A stretch of DNA of 64,000 nucleotides from Candidatus Spongiisociaceae bacterium (GTDB taxonomy: Bacteria > Actinomycetota > Acidimicrobiia > Spongiisociales > Spongiisociaceae), in NCBI GenBank assembly GCA_965213975.1, contig OZ243930.1, positions 2,360,880-2,424,879 on the forward strand, in the 5' to 3' direction. The position numbers were made by a program, and so were the translations under genes. The notes under the pieces were generated by a model that saw nothing but the letters and a program-made list of their open reading frames with translations, did no database searches and was not told where the DNA came from. The first letter of the stretch is position 1, and every line of letters begins with the position of its first letter. Positions 9,888 to 18,368 of this stretch are shown piece after piece.

Positions 9888-10820
9888 ATGACGTCTGCCC
9901 CGACCCGGCGAGAGTGGAGCGTTCCCGTCGGACGTCGGATCGACGGCGCCCCATGGCAGGTTCGGTTCGTCGAGCTACGCGGTGCCACCCCGGGACCGGC
10001 TACGGCGATCGTCGCAGGGCTCTACGGCGACAAACCGCTCGGGGCGATCGCGGTGCACCATCTTGAGCAACGCTTGATGCAGGAGCAGCTGAAGGGCACG
10101 GTCCTCCTGGCACCAGCCGTGAACCTCCCCGCCCTCCAGGTAGGCACCCGAGTTTCGCCTGACCACCTGTACCTGAACCGACGCTTTCCGGGGATGCCGG
10201 GCGGGTTTCTCACTGACCAGGTCGCTCACGCCGTGGCAACTGTCGTCTATGAGCATTCGGAATGCGTCATCGACCTGCACTCGGGGACAGCCAACATGGC
10301 GCTGTGGTATTCGTATGATGCCGGAGATCTGGAGCTTACGGCCTCGTTCGGCTACCTCCCGGTCGTCGTGGACTTCCGGCCGGGGGGCCAGGTCAGTGCT
10401 ACAGCCGTCGAGCGCGGCCTCTCGGGCTTTCTTCCCGAGTTCGGGGGAGCGAGCCTGCCCTCCCCGGCAGCCGGGGTCGAAGGCAGCCTGAACACATTGC
10501 GCTACCGGGGTCATCTCGGCGGTTCCCCCACCGGCCCATCGCGATTGCCCGTCATCCGCGAACGGCCGCTGTTCCTCGCCTCCACGAGCGGCATCCTCCA
10601 GAGCAGCGTGTCCACCCACATGGTCGGCAGTGAGATCCCCGCGGGCCGTCTCGGATGGATCAGCAGCCCCGCCACCGGGGAGGTCTGGGAGGAGTTCGAG
10701 ATCGACCGTCCCGGCACCCTCTTGATGGCGGTGACCACGCCCGCGATCGTCAATCCTGGCGATTTCGCTTTCATGGTCGGTTTCCCCCATGACGAGATTG
10801 AAGTCCCCAGGGCCCCCTAA
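9888..10820 (+). CDS. Succinylglutamate desuccinylase/aspartoacylase (M14-like) family protein with altered metal motif
   Basis: LNRRFPG, IDLHSG, PEFGG retained; GxHGDE appears as GLYGDK. Confidence 0.8.
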   Translation: MTSAPTRREWSVPVGRRIDGAPWQVRFVELRGATPGPATAIVAGLYGDKPLGAIAVHHLEQRLMQEQLKGTVLLAPAVNLPALQVGTRVSPDHLYLNRRFPGMPGGFLTDQVAHAVATVVYEHSECVIDLHSGTANMALWYSYDAGDLELTASFGYLPVVVDFRPGGQVSATAVERGLSGFLPEFGGASLPSPAAGVEGSLNTLRYRGHLGGSPTGPSRLPVIRERPLFLASTSGILQSSVSTHMVGSEIPAGRLGWISSPATGEVWEEFEIDRPGTLLMAVTTPAIVNPGDFAFMVGFPHDEIEVPRAP

Positions 10821-10890
10821 ACAACGGACAACCTGACCCGGCGCGGAAACGTGGGTAGAGGGGGTGGAATCCTAGGGAACCGGGCGTCCG

Positions 10891-11010
10891 ACGCTGGTCG
10901 CTACCGAGCGGGAAGCGGTGTGGGAGGCGAGGCTCGTCAGCGCTCCTCGCTATGCCCATTATCAGGAGCGCACCGATAGCGAGATACCTCTGGTCCTGGC
11001 TCAGCCGGAC
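10891..11010 (+). pseudogene. C-terminal remnant of an F420-dependent (Ddn-like) nitroreductase family gene
   Basis: Frame reads TLVATEREAVWEARLVSAPRYAHYQERTDSEIPLVLAQP, resembling the Ddn C-terminus; no N-terminal part present. Confidence 0.55.
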
Positions 11011-11116
11011 GCTTGGTTCCAAGACGTGAGGGCCGGATACAGGCAGCGACATCGGGTCCAGTTGGTCTGTGCAGTAGAGTATGAAATTGCGCAGCAGGAT
11101 TTCTGATGGAGATATC

Positions 11117-11331
11117 ATGCGAATATCCGAGAGAGCCAGATCACGATTCCCAAGAGGATGCGGGAGCAGTTCGGTCTGAATCACAATGTCGAGGTGGAAC
11201 TGACCCCGACAGAGGGAGGACTCCTCATCCACAAACGGACGGCGGCACGACACCCCGTCGAGCGGGTCTATGCCATCCTCGACAGCGGCGAGGACACCGA
11301 CGACTACATAGAGGCGATCCGAGGACGGTGA
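11117..11331 (+). pseudogene. AbrB/MazE-fold (VapB-type) antitoxin with 1-bp frameshift after codon 6
   Basis: ATG CGA ATA TCC GAG AGA G^C CAG ATC ACG ATT CCC AAG restores MRISERGQITIPKRMREQFGL...IEAIRGR* if one base is added; TGA overlaps the toxin GTG. Confidence 0.8.
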
Positions 11332-11723
11332 TCACCGCTGTCGACACCAACGTCCTATTGGACATCCTCCTTGGCGACGAGCGCCACGGCCCCGAATCGT
11401 TGGAACGGCTCAAGACGGCATACGACGCCGGTGCCGTAGTCATTTGCGACATTGTGTACGCCGAACTCGTTCCGGCATTCGACCACCGGGCCAATATGGA
11501 TGAGACCTTGCGACAGATCAACGCGTCCTTATCGCCGATCACCACCGACATCGCCTACGAGGCGGGCCTGCGCTGGCAGCGATACCGCCGATCCGGCGGA
11601 CCGCGCCAACGGACCATTACCGACTTCCTGATCGGAGCCCACGCCGTCGTAATGGCCGATGCCTTCCTCACCCGCGACCGCGGCTTCTACACCACATACT
11701 TTCCCGAACTCGCCGCGGCCTAG
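11328..11723 (+). CDS. PIN-domain (VapC-type) toxin
   Basis: VITAVDTNVLLD, YAEL, ITDFLIGAHA, LTRD acidic PIN motifs; GTGA overlap with the antitoxin. Confidence 0.9.
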   Translation: MITAVDTNVLLDILLGDERHGPESLERLKTAYDAGAVVICDIVYAELVPAFDHRANMDETLRQINASLSPITTDIAYEAGLRWQRYRRSGGPRQRTITDFLIGAHAVVMADAFLTRDRGFYTTYFPELAAA

Positions 11724-11865
11724 TCCTAGCCCGTCGAGCCAAGACACACTTGACAAGCTAACTGCCCCTCTCGCAGCTAGAGCACAGATTCCGCCCTATA
11801 CGCGTGCCGTGCCGCTGGCCTGGCATCTTGCTGAGTTTTGGGCGAGGCCGGATCACGCGCTGTGG

Positions 11866-14067
11866 TTATGAATCTAATTCGAGTCGGCGACGCTCAAGTT
11901 CGATGATCTGTCGTTCGAGTTCGGCTTGGCTGGTGGTGTCGGTAGCTTCGGGGGCGGCGTCCTTCAGGGTGCTGGTTCGGACGTAGCCAGCGAAGAGTTT
12001 CGATTTTCGGGCCAGTATCCGAAGCATGCGTTCGTCGACGCTGTTCTCGGTGAGTAGTCGGTGCACTTCTACGCGGCGGGCTTGTCCCATGCGGTGGCAT
12101 CGGGCGATTGCTTGTTCTTCGGTGCTGGGTTTCCACTGCGGTTCAGCCAAGATGACCACCGACGCGGCTTGGATGTTCAGTCCGACCCCGCCAGCTTGAA
12201 TCTGGTTTACCAGAACGGCCGGTCCTGACCTTCTGCTGAACTTGTCGACGAGATCCTGCCTTCGGGAGGCTGGCATGCTGCCGGTAATTGAGCCCGCTGC
12301 GAGCGGACCCAAAGCGGTACTTATTCGCTGGATCACGTCAAGGAAGAACGAGAAAACGACCACCTTGCGGTTGTTGCTGGCGGCTTCTTCGACGAGCTCC
12401 ATCAGGCGTTGGAGTTTGGGCGAGTCTTCCGGACTCCGGGTGCGGTACGCGGCGCAGCGCATCGCCGTGAAGTTGCGGCTGATTACCGCTAGGCGGTACT
12501 GATTGGCTGCTGCCCCTCTGAGCTTTAACCATTGAATGGTTTCGATTTTGGGTGGGAGTTCGTCCAGCACGTCGGGTTGGTTCCTGCGTAGGTACACGGG
12601 TGCCACCGTGCGACGAAACGCGTCGGCACCGGCAAGACCGTCGGTGGGTCGAATCCCGGAGGCCACATCCGGTCGGATGTGGCTGACCAGAGTTTGGAAC
12701 TCTTCAACACGGTTCTCCATCGGCGTGCCGCTCATCAGCAGCGAGTGCTCGGCTTGGCCGAGCCAGCAACGGACCGCTTTAGTCCGCAGCGCGTCAGGGT
12801 TCTTCACGAAATGAGCCTCGTCAACAACGACGGCGGCGATTCGTTTCTCAGGTGGTTGGAGGGTGCGGAGAGTGTCGAACGTGGTGACGGCCACACCGCC
12901 TTCGCGCGCCCATCGCTGAAGCTGGTGGTGGCGCTGCGAACTATGGAGACGCCAGATGGGCGACAGATGTGAGTGCCGGACGATTTCGTGTTCCCAATTC
13001 GCTAAGACACTCGCCGGGCTGATAACCAGAAAATGGTTGTCGCCGCGTGAGCGGAGATGACACATGACGGCCAGCGCTTCGATGGTCTTGCCTAAGCCCA
13101 TCTCGTCGCCGAGGATCGTCCGTCGCTGAACCAACGCGAACTTCGCCCCGAAGGCCTGATAGCCGCGCAGCGTCGCGCGGAGCAGGCTGGTGTCGAGGCG
13201 GAACGCCCTGATCTGTCTGATGATCTCATCGGGGAGGAATCCCTGGGAAGCATCAACATCGGTACCAATCCCGGCAATTTCGATGAGCAACTCGTTGTAC
13301 TTGATGGGGTTTGCCAAGAAGTCGTTCCAAACCCGGGCAGACCCAGCGTTCCTACCTGCCTGGCGTTTCCGGTTCACAGCATCAATCTTGGAGAGAAGCC
13401 CCACCGTGGCCGGTGCGTCTACCAAGGCGGCTAACCGCTCGTATGCTGCCCGAGCCGCAGCTTTCCGCTTCGCTCCGGCAAAGAAGCGCCGAATAGGGCG
13501 AGTTTCGAGACGCGCTCGCTTCAGATCAGCCTCAATGGCCTGTTCTGTACGCTTCAGCCGGTCCTTTAACGGTACGGTGAAGTAACGCTCTGATTTCAAG
13601 TACCGCAGTGCTGCCAGGAGATCAGTCTGGGTCTGCGGACGATTTTCCACGTCGAACCGGACTCTGACCGCGTCTCGGACCGACTGCTCGACCAGTCGCG
13701 CAGCGCTCATAACCCGCTCGGATGTGGTGGGCCCTACCCCGCGTATCCTCTCAAGCTCTGCTCGGCTATAGGGGAGTATTTCGTCAACGGTCCGGAACCC
13801 GGCATCCTTTAGTGCGCTAAGCCGGAAAGCTCCTGTTGCCGCCTGCTTCAGCGCCTCCACAGCTACACGCGATATGTCTTCCTGCGTAGCCCGCTCGAAC
13901 TCCACCATATAGGCTGACTTGGCCTTGCTCTCCGCTGCAAGAAGAACCTCAAGCAATGCCCGACAGGAAGTAGCAGCGCCTACGGCACGGTGGATTACCT
14001 TCCGCGTTACCTCTAGCGGGAGCCGAACGGCGTGAGGGGGTATGTCCGGGACAGATCCGGGCATCAC
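11866..14067 (-). CDS. Snf2-family (SF2) helicase/ATPase with N-terminal HhH motif
   Basis: LGDEMGLGKT, VVDEAH, SGTPMEN, GGVGLNIQAA, QAIARCHRMGQ; IRGVGPTT HhH. Confidence 0.9.
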   Translation of the reverse strand: MMPGSVPDIPPHAVRLPLEVTRKVIHRAVGAATSCRALLEVLLAAESKAKSAYMVEFERATQEDISRVAVEALKQAATGAFRLSALKDAGFRTVDEILPYSRAELERIRGVGPTTSERVMSAARLVEQSVRDAVRVRFDVENRPQTQTDLLAALRYLKSERYFTVPLKDRLKRTEQAIEADLKRARLETRPIRRFFAGAKRKAAARAAYERLAALVDAPATVGLLSKIDAVNRKRQAGRNAGSARVWNDFLANPIKYNELLIEIAGIGTDVDASQGFLPDEIIRQIRAFRLDTSLLRATLRGYQAFGAKFALVQRRTILGDEMGLGKTIEALAVMCHLRSRGDNHFLVISPASVLANWEHEIVRHSHLSPIWRLHSSQRHHQLQRWAREGGVAVTTFDTLRTLQPPEKRIAAVVVDEAHFVKNPDALRTKAVRCWLGQAEHSLLMSGTPMENRVEEFQTLVSHIRPDVASGIRPTDGLAGADAFRRTVAPVYLRRNQPDVLDELPPKIETIQWLKLRGAAANQYRLAVISRNFTAMRCAAYRTRSPEDSPKLQRLMELVEEAASNNRKVVVFSFFLDVIQRISTALGPLAAGSITGSMPASRRQDLVDKFSRRSGPAVLVNQIQAGGVGLNIQAASVVILAEPQWKPSTEEQAIARCHRMGQARRVEVHRLLTENSVDERMLRILARKSKLFAGYVRTSTLKDAAPEATDTTSQAELERQIIELERRRLELDS

Positions 14068-14116
14068 GCTCGCTTCCCCGGCCGGAAGCCGTGACTGGCA
14101 ACAATCACCGAAAGTT

Positions 14117-14146
14117 CCCGGCGAGCGAATCCCCGGCGAGCGAATC
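14117..14146 (+). repeat. 15-bp perfect tandem duplication
   Basis: CCCGGCGAGCGAATC x2. Confidence 0.9.
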
Positions 14147-14251
14147 GGCCGGTCCCCAGGGCAGCCGGGAGCAATAGTGGATCGAGTGCACCTTACCTAG
14201 ATGGATGAGGGTGGGAACATGATCACCGGAGCATATCGGGTGATGAGGTGT

Positions 14252-14600
14252 CTATCTCCTTGTGAGCAGCTCGCGGGCGCGACTAGCGACCTGGCTTGCC
14301 CGCTCAACAGGAAGCGGTTCGATGCCCAGTTCGTCGAATACATTGCTGGCTTCGCGCAACGCAGGCGAATCTTGGCCTTCAGCGGGAGGGATGTACACGA
14401 CTTCGACGTCAACGTCCTGATTGACCTCAAGAATCTCTCGCCGTCGACCTCGATCGAACCGCCTGACTCCTGGACGGCGAGAGAAGCCTGATCGCGGACC
14501 TGAAACGACCACGAGTGTGCCAATTGAAGCGCGTCCCGTTTGCCACATGGACTCGCGCTGGTTGCCCGCCGGAGCGCAGCCAACACTTCGTTCTTCCTAA
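14252..14600 (-). pseudogene. Probable gene remnant (C-terminus reminiscent of DUF3037-type proteins)
   Basis: Protein-like segments in two minus-strand frames: LQLAHSWSFQVRDQASLAVQ then EILEVNQDVDVEVVYIPP...RARELLTRR*; family assignment from memory only. Confidence 0.3.
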
Positions 14601-14677
14601 CTCGCCGTGGCCTAATCCTGGTCGGTGGAGTTTGTAGCCGAGTTTTCATAGTTTTATTGTTCCTGAAATCTGCGAGT

Positions 14678-16462
14678 TAGGCTAAAACTCATGGCACCTT
14701 ACTCGGTCTGGACGGAAGTAATCGAGGCGCTCGCTCGGATCGACCGGGGGGCCTTGCCGTCCGATCTGGAATCTGAGACGCTGGACTTCAAGGTTGGGCT
14801 CGGGGATCAGAAGAGGACACTTCGCGGTCTGGCGAGAACGGCGGCTTGCCTGGCGAATCGGAGGGGTGGGGCGATCGTCCTCGGAGTGCACGACGACCGA
14901 ACCGGGCCCGAGGCCTTCGCGGGTACGAGCCTTGACGTGCTGAGAGTGCGTCGCCAAGTCTTTGGCGCTGTCGTCCCTTCGCTTTCGGTTTCCGTTGAAG
15001 AACACACCTACGCGGGCAAGAGGTTGCTCATCATTCTGGTCCCAGTGGGAGCGGTCGTGCACGGTGTCGGGGGGAGGGTGACCCGACGGATCGGGCGCAG
15101 CTGTCTGCCCATGGCCCCCGGTCAGATAGCTGCCCTTTACGGCGAGCGAGAAGGTCGTGATCTCTCAGAGCAAGGGAGTGGTCGGTCGGTAGACGAGATA
15201 GACCGGGGGGCGATTAATCTCGCTCGCCGCTACCTCGGGAGGCTTGGTGGCGAGCGAGCCGGATGGGTGTCATTGTCCGATCAGGAACTATGTCGCCAGC
15301 TAGGCGTAGCAAGACCGGACGGCGAGCTTCTTGTCGCTGGTGAGCAACTGTTCACCACACCCCGTGTCGGGTTCGTGAGCTACCAACACCGAGCTTCGGC
15401 AGGCAGCCCTCCTGATGCTGACGAGCGTCCGGCTGGCCCGCTAGTGGAAGCCTTCGACCAGACCCTGCAACTCGTTGCCGCCAGGACCTCGTCAGACTTC
15501 CTGCTGTTGCCGGACGGACAGCAGATCCGGTTCCGCAGATACCCAGACGACGTTGTCCGAGAGGCGCTTGCTAATGCCTTAGTGCACCGTAGGCTTGATA
15601 TCGAGTCGCCCGTGCAGGTGGAACATTTCGATGATGCCATGACGATCACGTCAACGGGGCCACTCGTCGGCGGCGTGACCGTCGACAACATCTTGACGAC
15701 CCCTTCCCGGCCTCGCAACCGATTGCTGGCTAGAGCCTTCCGTCACTTAGGGCTTATTGAGGAACTCGGAACCGGTGTAGCGAGGATGTATCGATCGATG
15801 CTGTCTGCTGGCAAGCCTCCCCCGTCGTTCGTGGAATCCGCCGACTCGGTGAGCGTTTCGCTGGTAGGTGGTCCGATCGAGGAGAACTTGGCTCGCTTCG
15901 CGGCTCTGCTGGACAAGCGCCGGAAAGAGGATGTAGAGGTGCTGCTCGTGCTCAGATATCTATGCCGCAACGGTAGTGCCGATGTCGGTGCGCTCGCCCC
16001 CTTGTTGCAGCGCGGGCCGAGCGAGACCGGCCGTGTTCTGGAAGGCATGGCGAGCCACGCGTCTCCGATCATCAAGCCTGTCAACATCCGGGCGACGGGA
16101 AGTCGGGTCCGCTATCGCCTATCTGCTCTGGCAGCTTCCGGACTTGGATCCGCGGTTAGACACCGGCGGAACAATGTTGACCAGATCAGAGAGCGGGTGA
16201 CAGCGCAGGTACGCACCCACGGGGTGGTTTCCAACCGTGTGGTGCGGAACATGTTCGGGGTCGGTACACCCAGGGCATCGGCCATTCTCCGCGAGATGGT
16301 TGGACAACAGCTCCTTGAACGGACCAGCGAAGCGACTAGGGGGCCTTCCGTTGAGTATGGTCCCGGCCCCCTCATGGAACTCTGAGGCTCTTGCGCTCGG
16401 AGTTTTCGGACAGTTATCGAGAGTTTTAGCCTACGCGTAGAAAGGGCGGAAGGCTAAAACTC
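14678..16462. repeat. TAGGCTAAAACTC motif copies bracketing the AlbA_2 gene
   Basis: TAGGCTAAAACTC 14678-14690 (+), exact reverse complement 16421-16433, AGGCTAAAACTC 16451-16462 (+). Confidence 0.85.
14691..16385 (+). CDS. AlbA_2 (Schlafen-like) + HATPase_c_4 + wHTH ATP-binding protein
   Basis: ESETLDFK, ACLANRRGGAIVLGVHD, VREALANALVHR, PRNRLLA, IEELGTGV. Confidence 0.88.
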   Translation: MAPYSVWTEVIEALARIDRGALPSDLESETLDFKVGLGDQKRTLRGLARTAACLANRRGGAIVLGVHDDRTGPEAFAGTSLDVLRVRRQVFGAVVPSLSVSVEEHTYAGKRLLIILVPVGAVVHGVGGRVTRRIGRSCLPMAPGQIAALYGEREGRDLSEQGSGRSVDEIDRGAINLARRYLGRLGGERAGWVSLSDQELCRQLGVARPDGELLVAGEQLFTTPRVGFVSYQHRASAGSPPDADERPAGPLVEAFDQTLQLVAARTSSDFLLLPDGQQIRFRRYPDDVVREALANALVHRRLDIESPVQVEHFDDAMTITSTGPLVGGVTVDNILTTPSRPRNRLLARAFRHLGLIEELGTGVARMYRSMLSAGKPPPSFVESADSVSVSLVGGPIEENLARFAALLDKRRKEDVEVLLVLRYLCRNGSADVGALAPLLQRGPSETGRVLEGMASHASPIIKPVNIRATGSRVRYRLSALAASGLGSAVRHRRNNVDQIRERVTAQVRTHGVVSNRVVRNMFGVGTPRASAILREMVGQQLLERTSEATRGPSVEYGPGPLMEL

Positions 16463-16550
16463 GGATGGCAGGGTTCAAGAACCTGGCGACATGGGTAATG
16501 GATCGCTTCTCGCGGTAGGCCTGCCGAGTTAGTCGTCTAGAGTCGCGGCT

Positions 16551-17168
16551 ATGAGTTGGACTTTCGATAACGGAACCATTCTTACTAGAGCGGCCCTGGT
16601 GGGCGATTACGAGAACAACGCCTTCGTGGTGGCCTGTGCCCGAACTGGTCAGGGGGTGATCATCGACGCTGCCGCCGAGCCGGATCGGATTCTGGAATTG
16701 GCCGACGGGGTGGAAGTCAGCGCTCTCCTCACTACCCATGGGCATCACGACCACCTCGGGGCGGTGCTGCCGGTGGTGGAGGAGCTGGAGATTCCGTTCA
16801 TGCTCCATCCCGCCGACCACGCCCTCGCCTCCCGGACCACACCCGCCACGCCCACCCCTTTGGCCGACCTCGATGTCATCTCGATCGGGGAGACCAGCCT
16901 GCTCACCATGCACACCCCTGGCCATACCCCGGGTTCGGTCTGCTTCCTGAGCCCGGGGGTCCTGTTCGCGGGCGACACCTTGTTCCCTGGGGGGCCGGGT
17001 GCCACCGAGTTCGAGGACGGCGACTTCGACCTGATTATCAAGAGCATCAAGAACCGGCTGTTCACGCTTGACGAGGCGACCGAGGTGTATCCGGGCCATG
17101 GCCCTACCAAGACCACTATCGGCACCGCGAAGCCGAAGCTTCCCGACTGGATCGCCCGAGGCTGGTGA
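16551..17168 (+). CDS. MBL-fold metallo-hydrolase (glyoxalase II-like)
   Basis: THGHHDHLG, HTPGHTPGS, GDTLF, PGHG. Confidence 0.92.
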   Translation: MSWTFDNGTILTRAALVGDYENNAFVVACARTGQGVIIDAAAEPDRILELADGVEVSALLTTHGHHDHLGAVLPVVEELEIPFMLHPADHALASRTTPATPTPLADLDVISIGETSLLTMHTPGHTPGSVCFLSPGVLFAGDTLFPGGPGATEFEDGDFDLIIKSIKNRLFTLDEATEVYPGHGPTKTTIGTAKPKLPDWIARGW

Positions 17169-17381
17169 CCGAACCCACCGAACCCACCGTCCCTACCGAT
17201 CGGCGCGGCGTTACACTTCACCTGTAACCGCAGGGAGCAGCGCGACCAGACCGGCCATTGAGGGCCGGAGGCGGGCCAAGCTCAAACTGCTACACAATCT
17301 CTAGGTACGAACCTTCGCTCTCCGTCGCTCAAGCGTCGGACGCATCCCCCAACCGGTGAGGTGGGGAGAATTGGAGCAAAC

Positions 17382-18275
17382 ATGGCCGACGCACCATTTC
17401 CTGAACCGGCGCCGGAGTCGCGCAAGCCCGTGACCGTTCCCATCGTGCGAGGCCGCAAGCACCGTCGGAAGCTGATCATGGTCACCGCCTATGACTATCC
17501 GTCCGCTTTGGCAGCCGACCGGGCCGGGGTGGACGTGATCCTGGTGGGCGACTCGGTGGCCAATGTGGTCCTCGGGTACCGCACCACTAACCAGGTGACA
17601 CTAAACGACATGATCCATCACACGGCAGCCGTGTCGCGAGCCCGCCCGAAGGCCCTAGTGGTAGCCGACCTTCCCTGGATGACGTTTCATGTCACACCCG
17701 AGGACACCCTGAGCAACGCCGCCCGGCTGATCCGTGAAGGTGGGGCGGGTGCTGTGAAGCTGGAAGGGGGAGCGCAACGCGTGGAGATGGTCCGCAAGCT
17801 CGTCTCCGCCGAGATACCGGTGATGGGACATGTCGGCCTTACCCCCCAATCGGTGCACGTGGAGGGCGGATACCGTCTGGCCGGTCGGAACCCCGCGGCT
17901 GTTCAACGACTGATCGAAGACGTTCACGCCCTAGAGGAGGCCGGGGTGTTCGCCATCGTGTTGGAGGCGATACCCGCCGCGGTGGCCCGGGTAGTGACCG
18001 CCCGGGTAGGTATCCCTACCATCGGCATAGGTGCCGGACCGGACACTGACGGACAGGTGCTGGTATTTCATGACCTGGTGGGTCTCAACTTCGGACGCTA
18101 CCCCAGGTTTGCGAGACGCTACGCCCCACTAGGCGAGTTAGCTGTGGAGGCGTTGACGGAGTGGAAGCAGGATGTGTTATCCGGTGCCTTCCCCGACCAG
18201 TCCGAGTCTTACCAGGAGATTGAGCCGGCAACACGGGAGCTGCTTGATCGGATGGCTGCCCCGCAACCGGACTGA
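17382..18275 (+). CDS. panB: 3-methyl-2-oxobutanoate hydroxymethyltransferase
   Basis: TAYDY, LVGDS, VKLEGG, GHVGLTPQS, IGIGAG..TDGQVLV. Confidence 0.96.
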   Translation: MADAPFPEPAPESRKPVTVPIVRGRKHRRKLIMVTAYDYPSALAADRAGVDVILVGDSVANVVLGYRTTNQVTLNDMIHHTAAVSRARPKALVVADLPWMTFHVTPEDTLSNAARLIREGGAGAVKLEGGAQRVEMVRKLVSAEIPVMGHVGLTPQSVHVEGGYRLAGRNPAAVQRLIEDVHALEEAGVFAIVLEAIPAAVARVVTARVGIPTIGIGAGPDTDGQVLVFHDLVGLNFGRYPRFARRYAPLGELAVEALTEWKQDVLSGAFPDQSESYQEIEPATRELLDRMAAPQPD

Positions 18276-18368
18276 TCCGCCGGTTCCCATTACCTTCCCG
18301 GTCTGACCAGCCGCGGAACCGGCGTAGTCAAAGTTCCGGGGGTCGACTTTTTCTCTAGGATTGTTGGC

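Noticed and set aside
11106-11327. 74-aa N-terminal extension on the PIN toxin
   Set aside because: It is an off-frame reading of the antitoxin gene; the toxin starts at GTG 11328
18278-18324. 10-bp inverted repeat after panB as terminator or riboswitch
   Set aside because: 27-nt loop, no U-tract and no recognisable aptamer consensus; insufficient support
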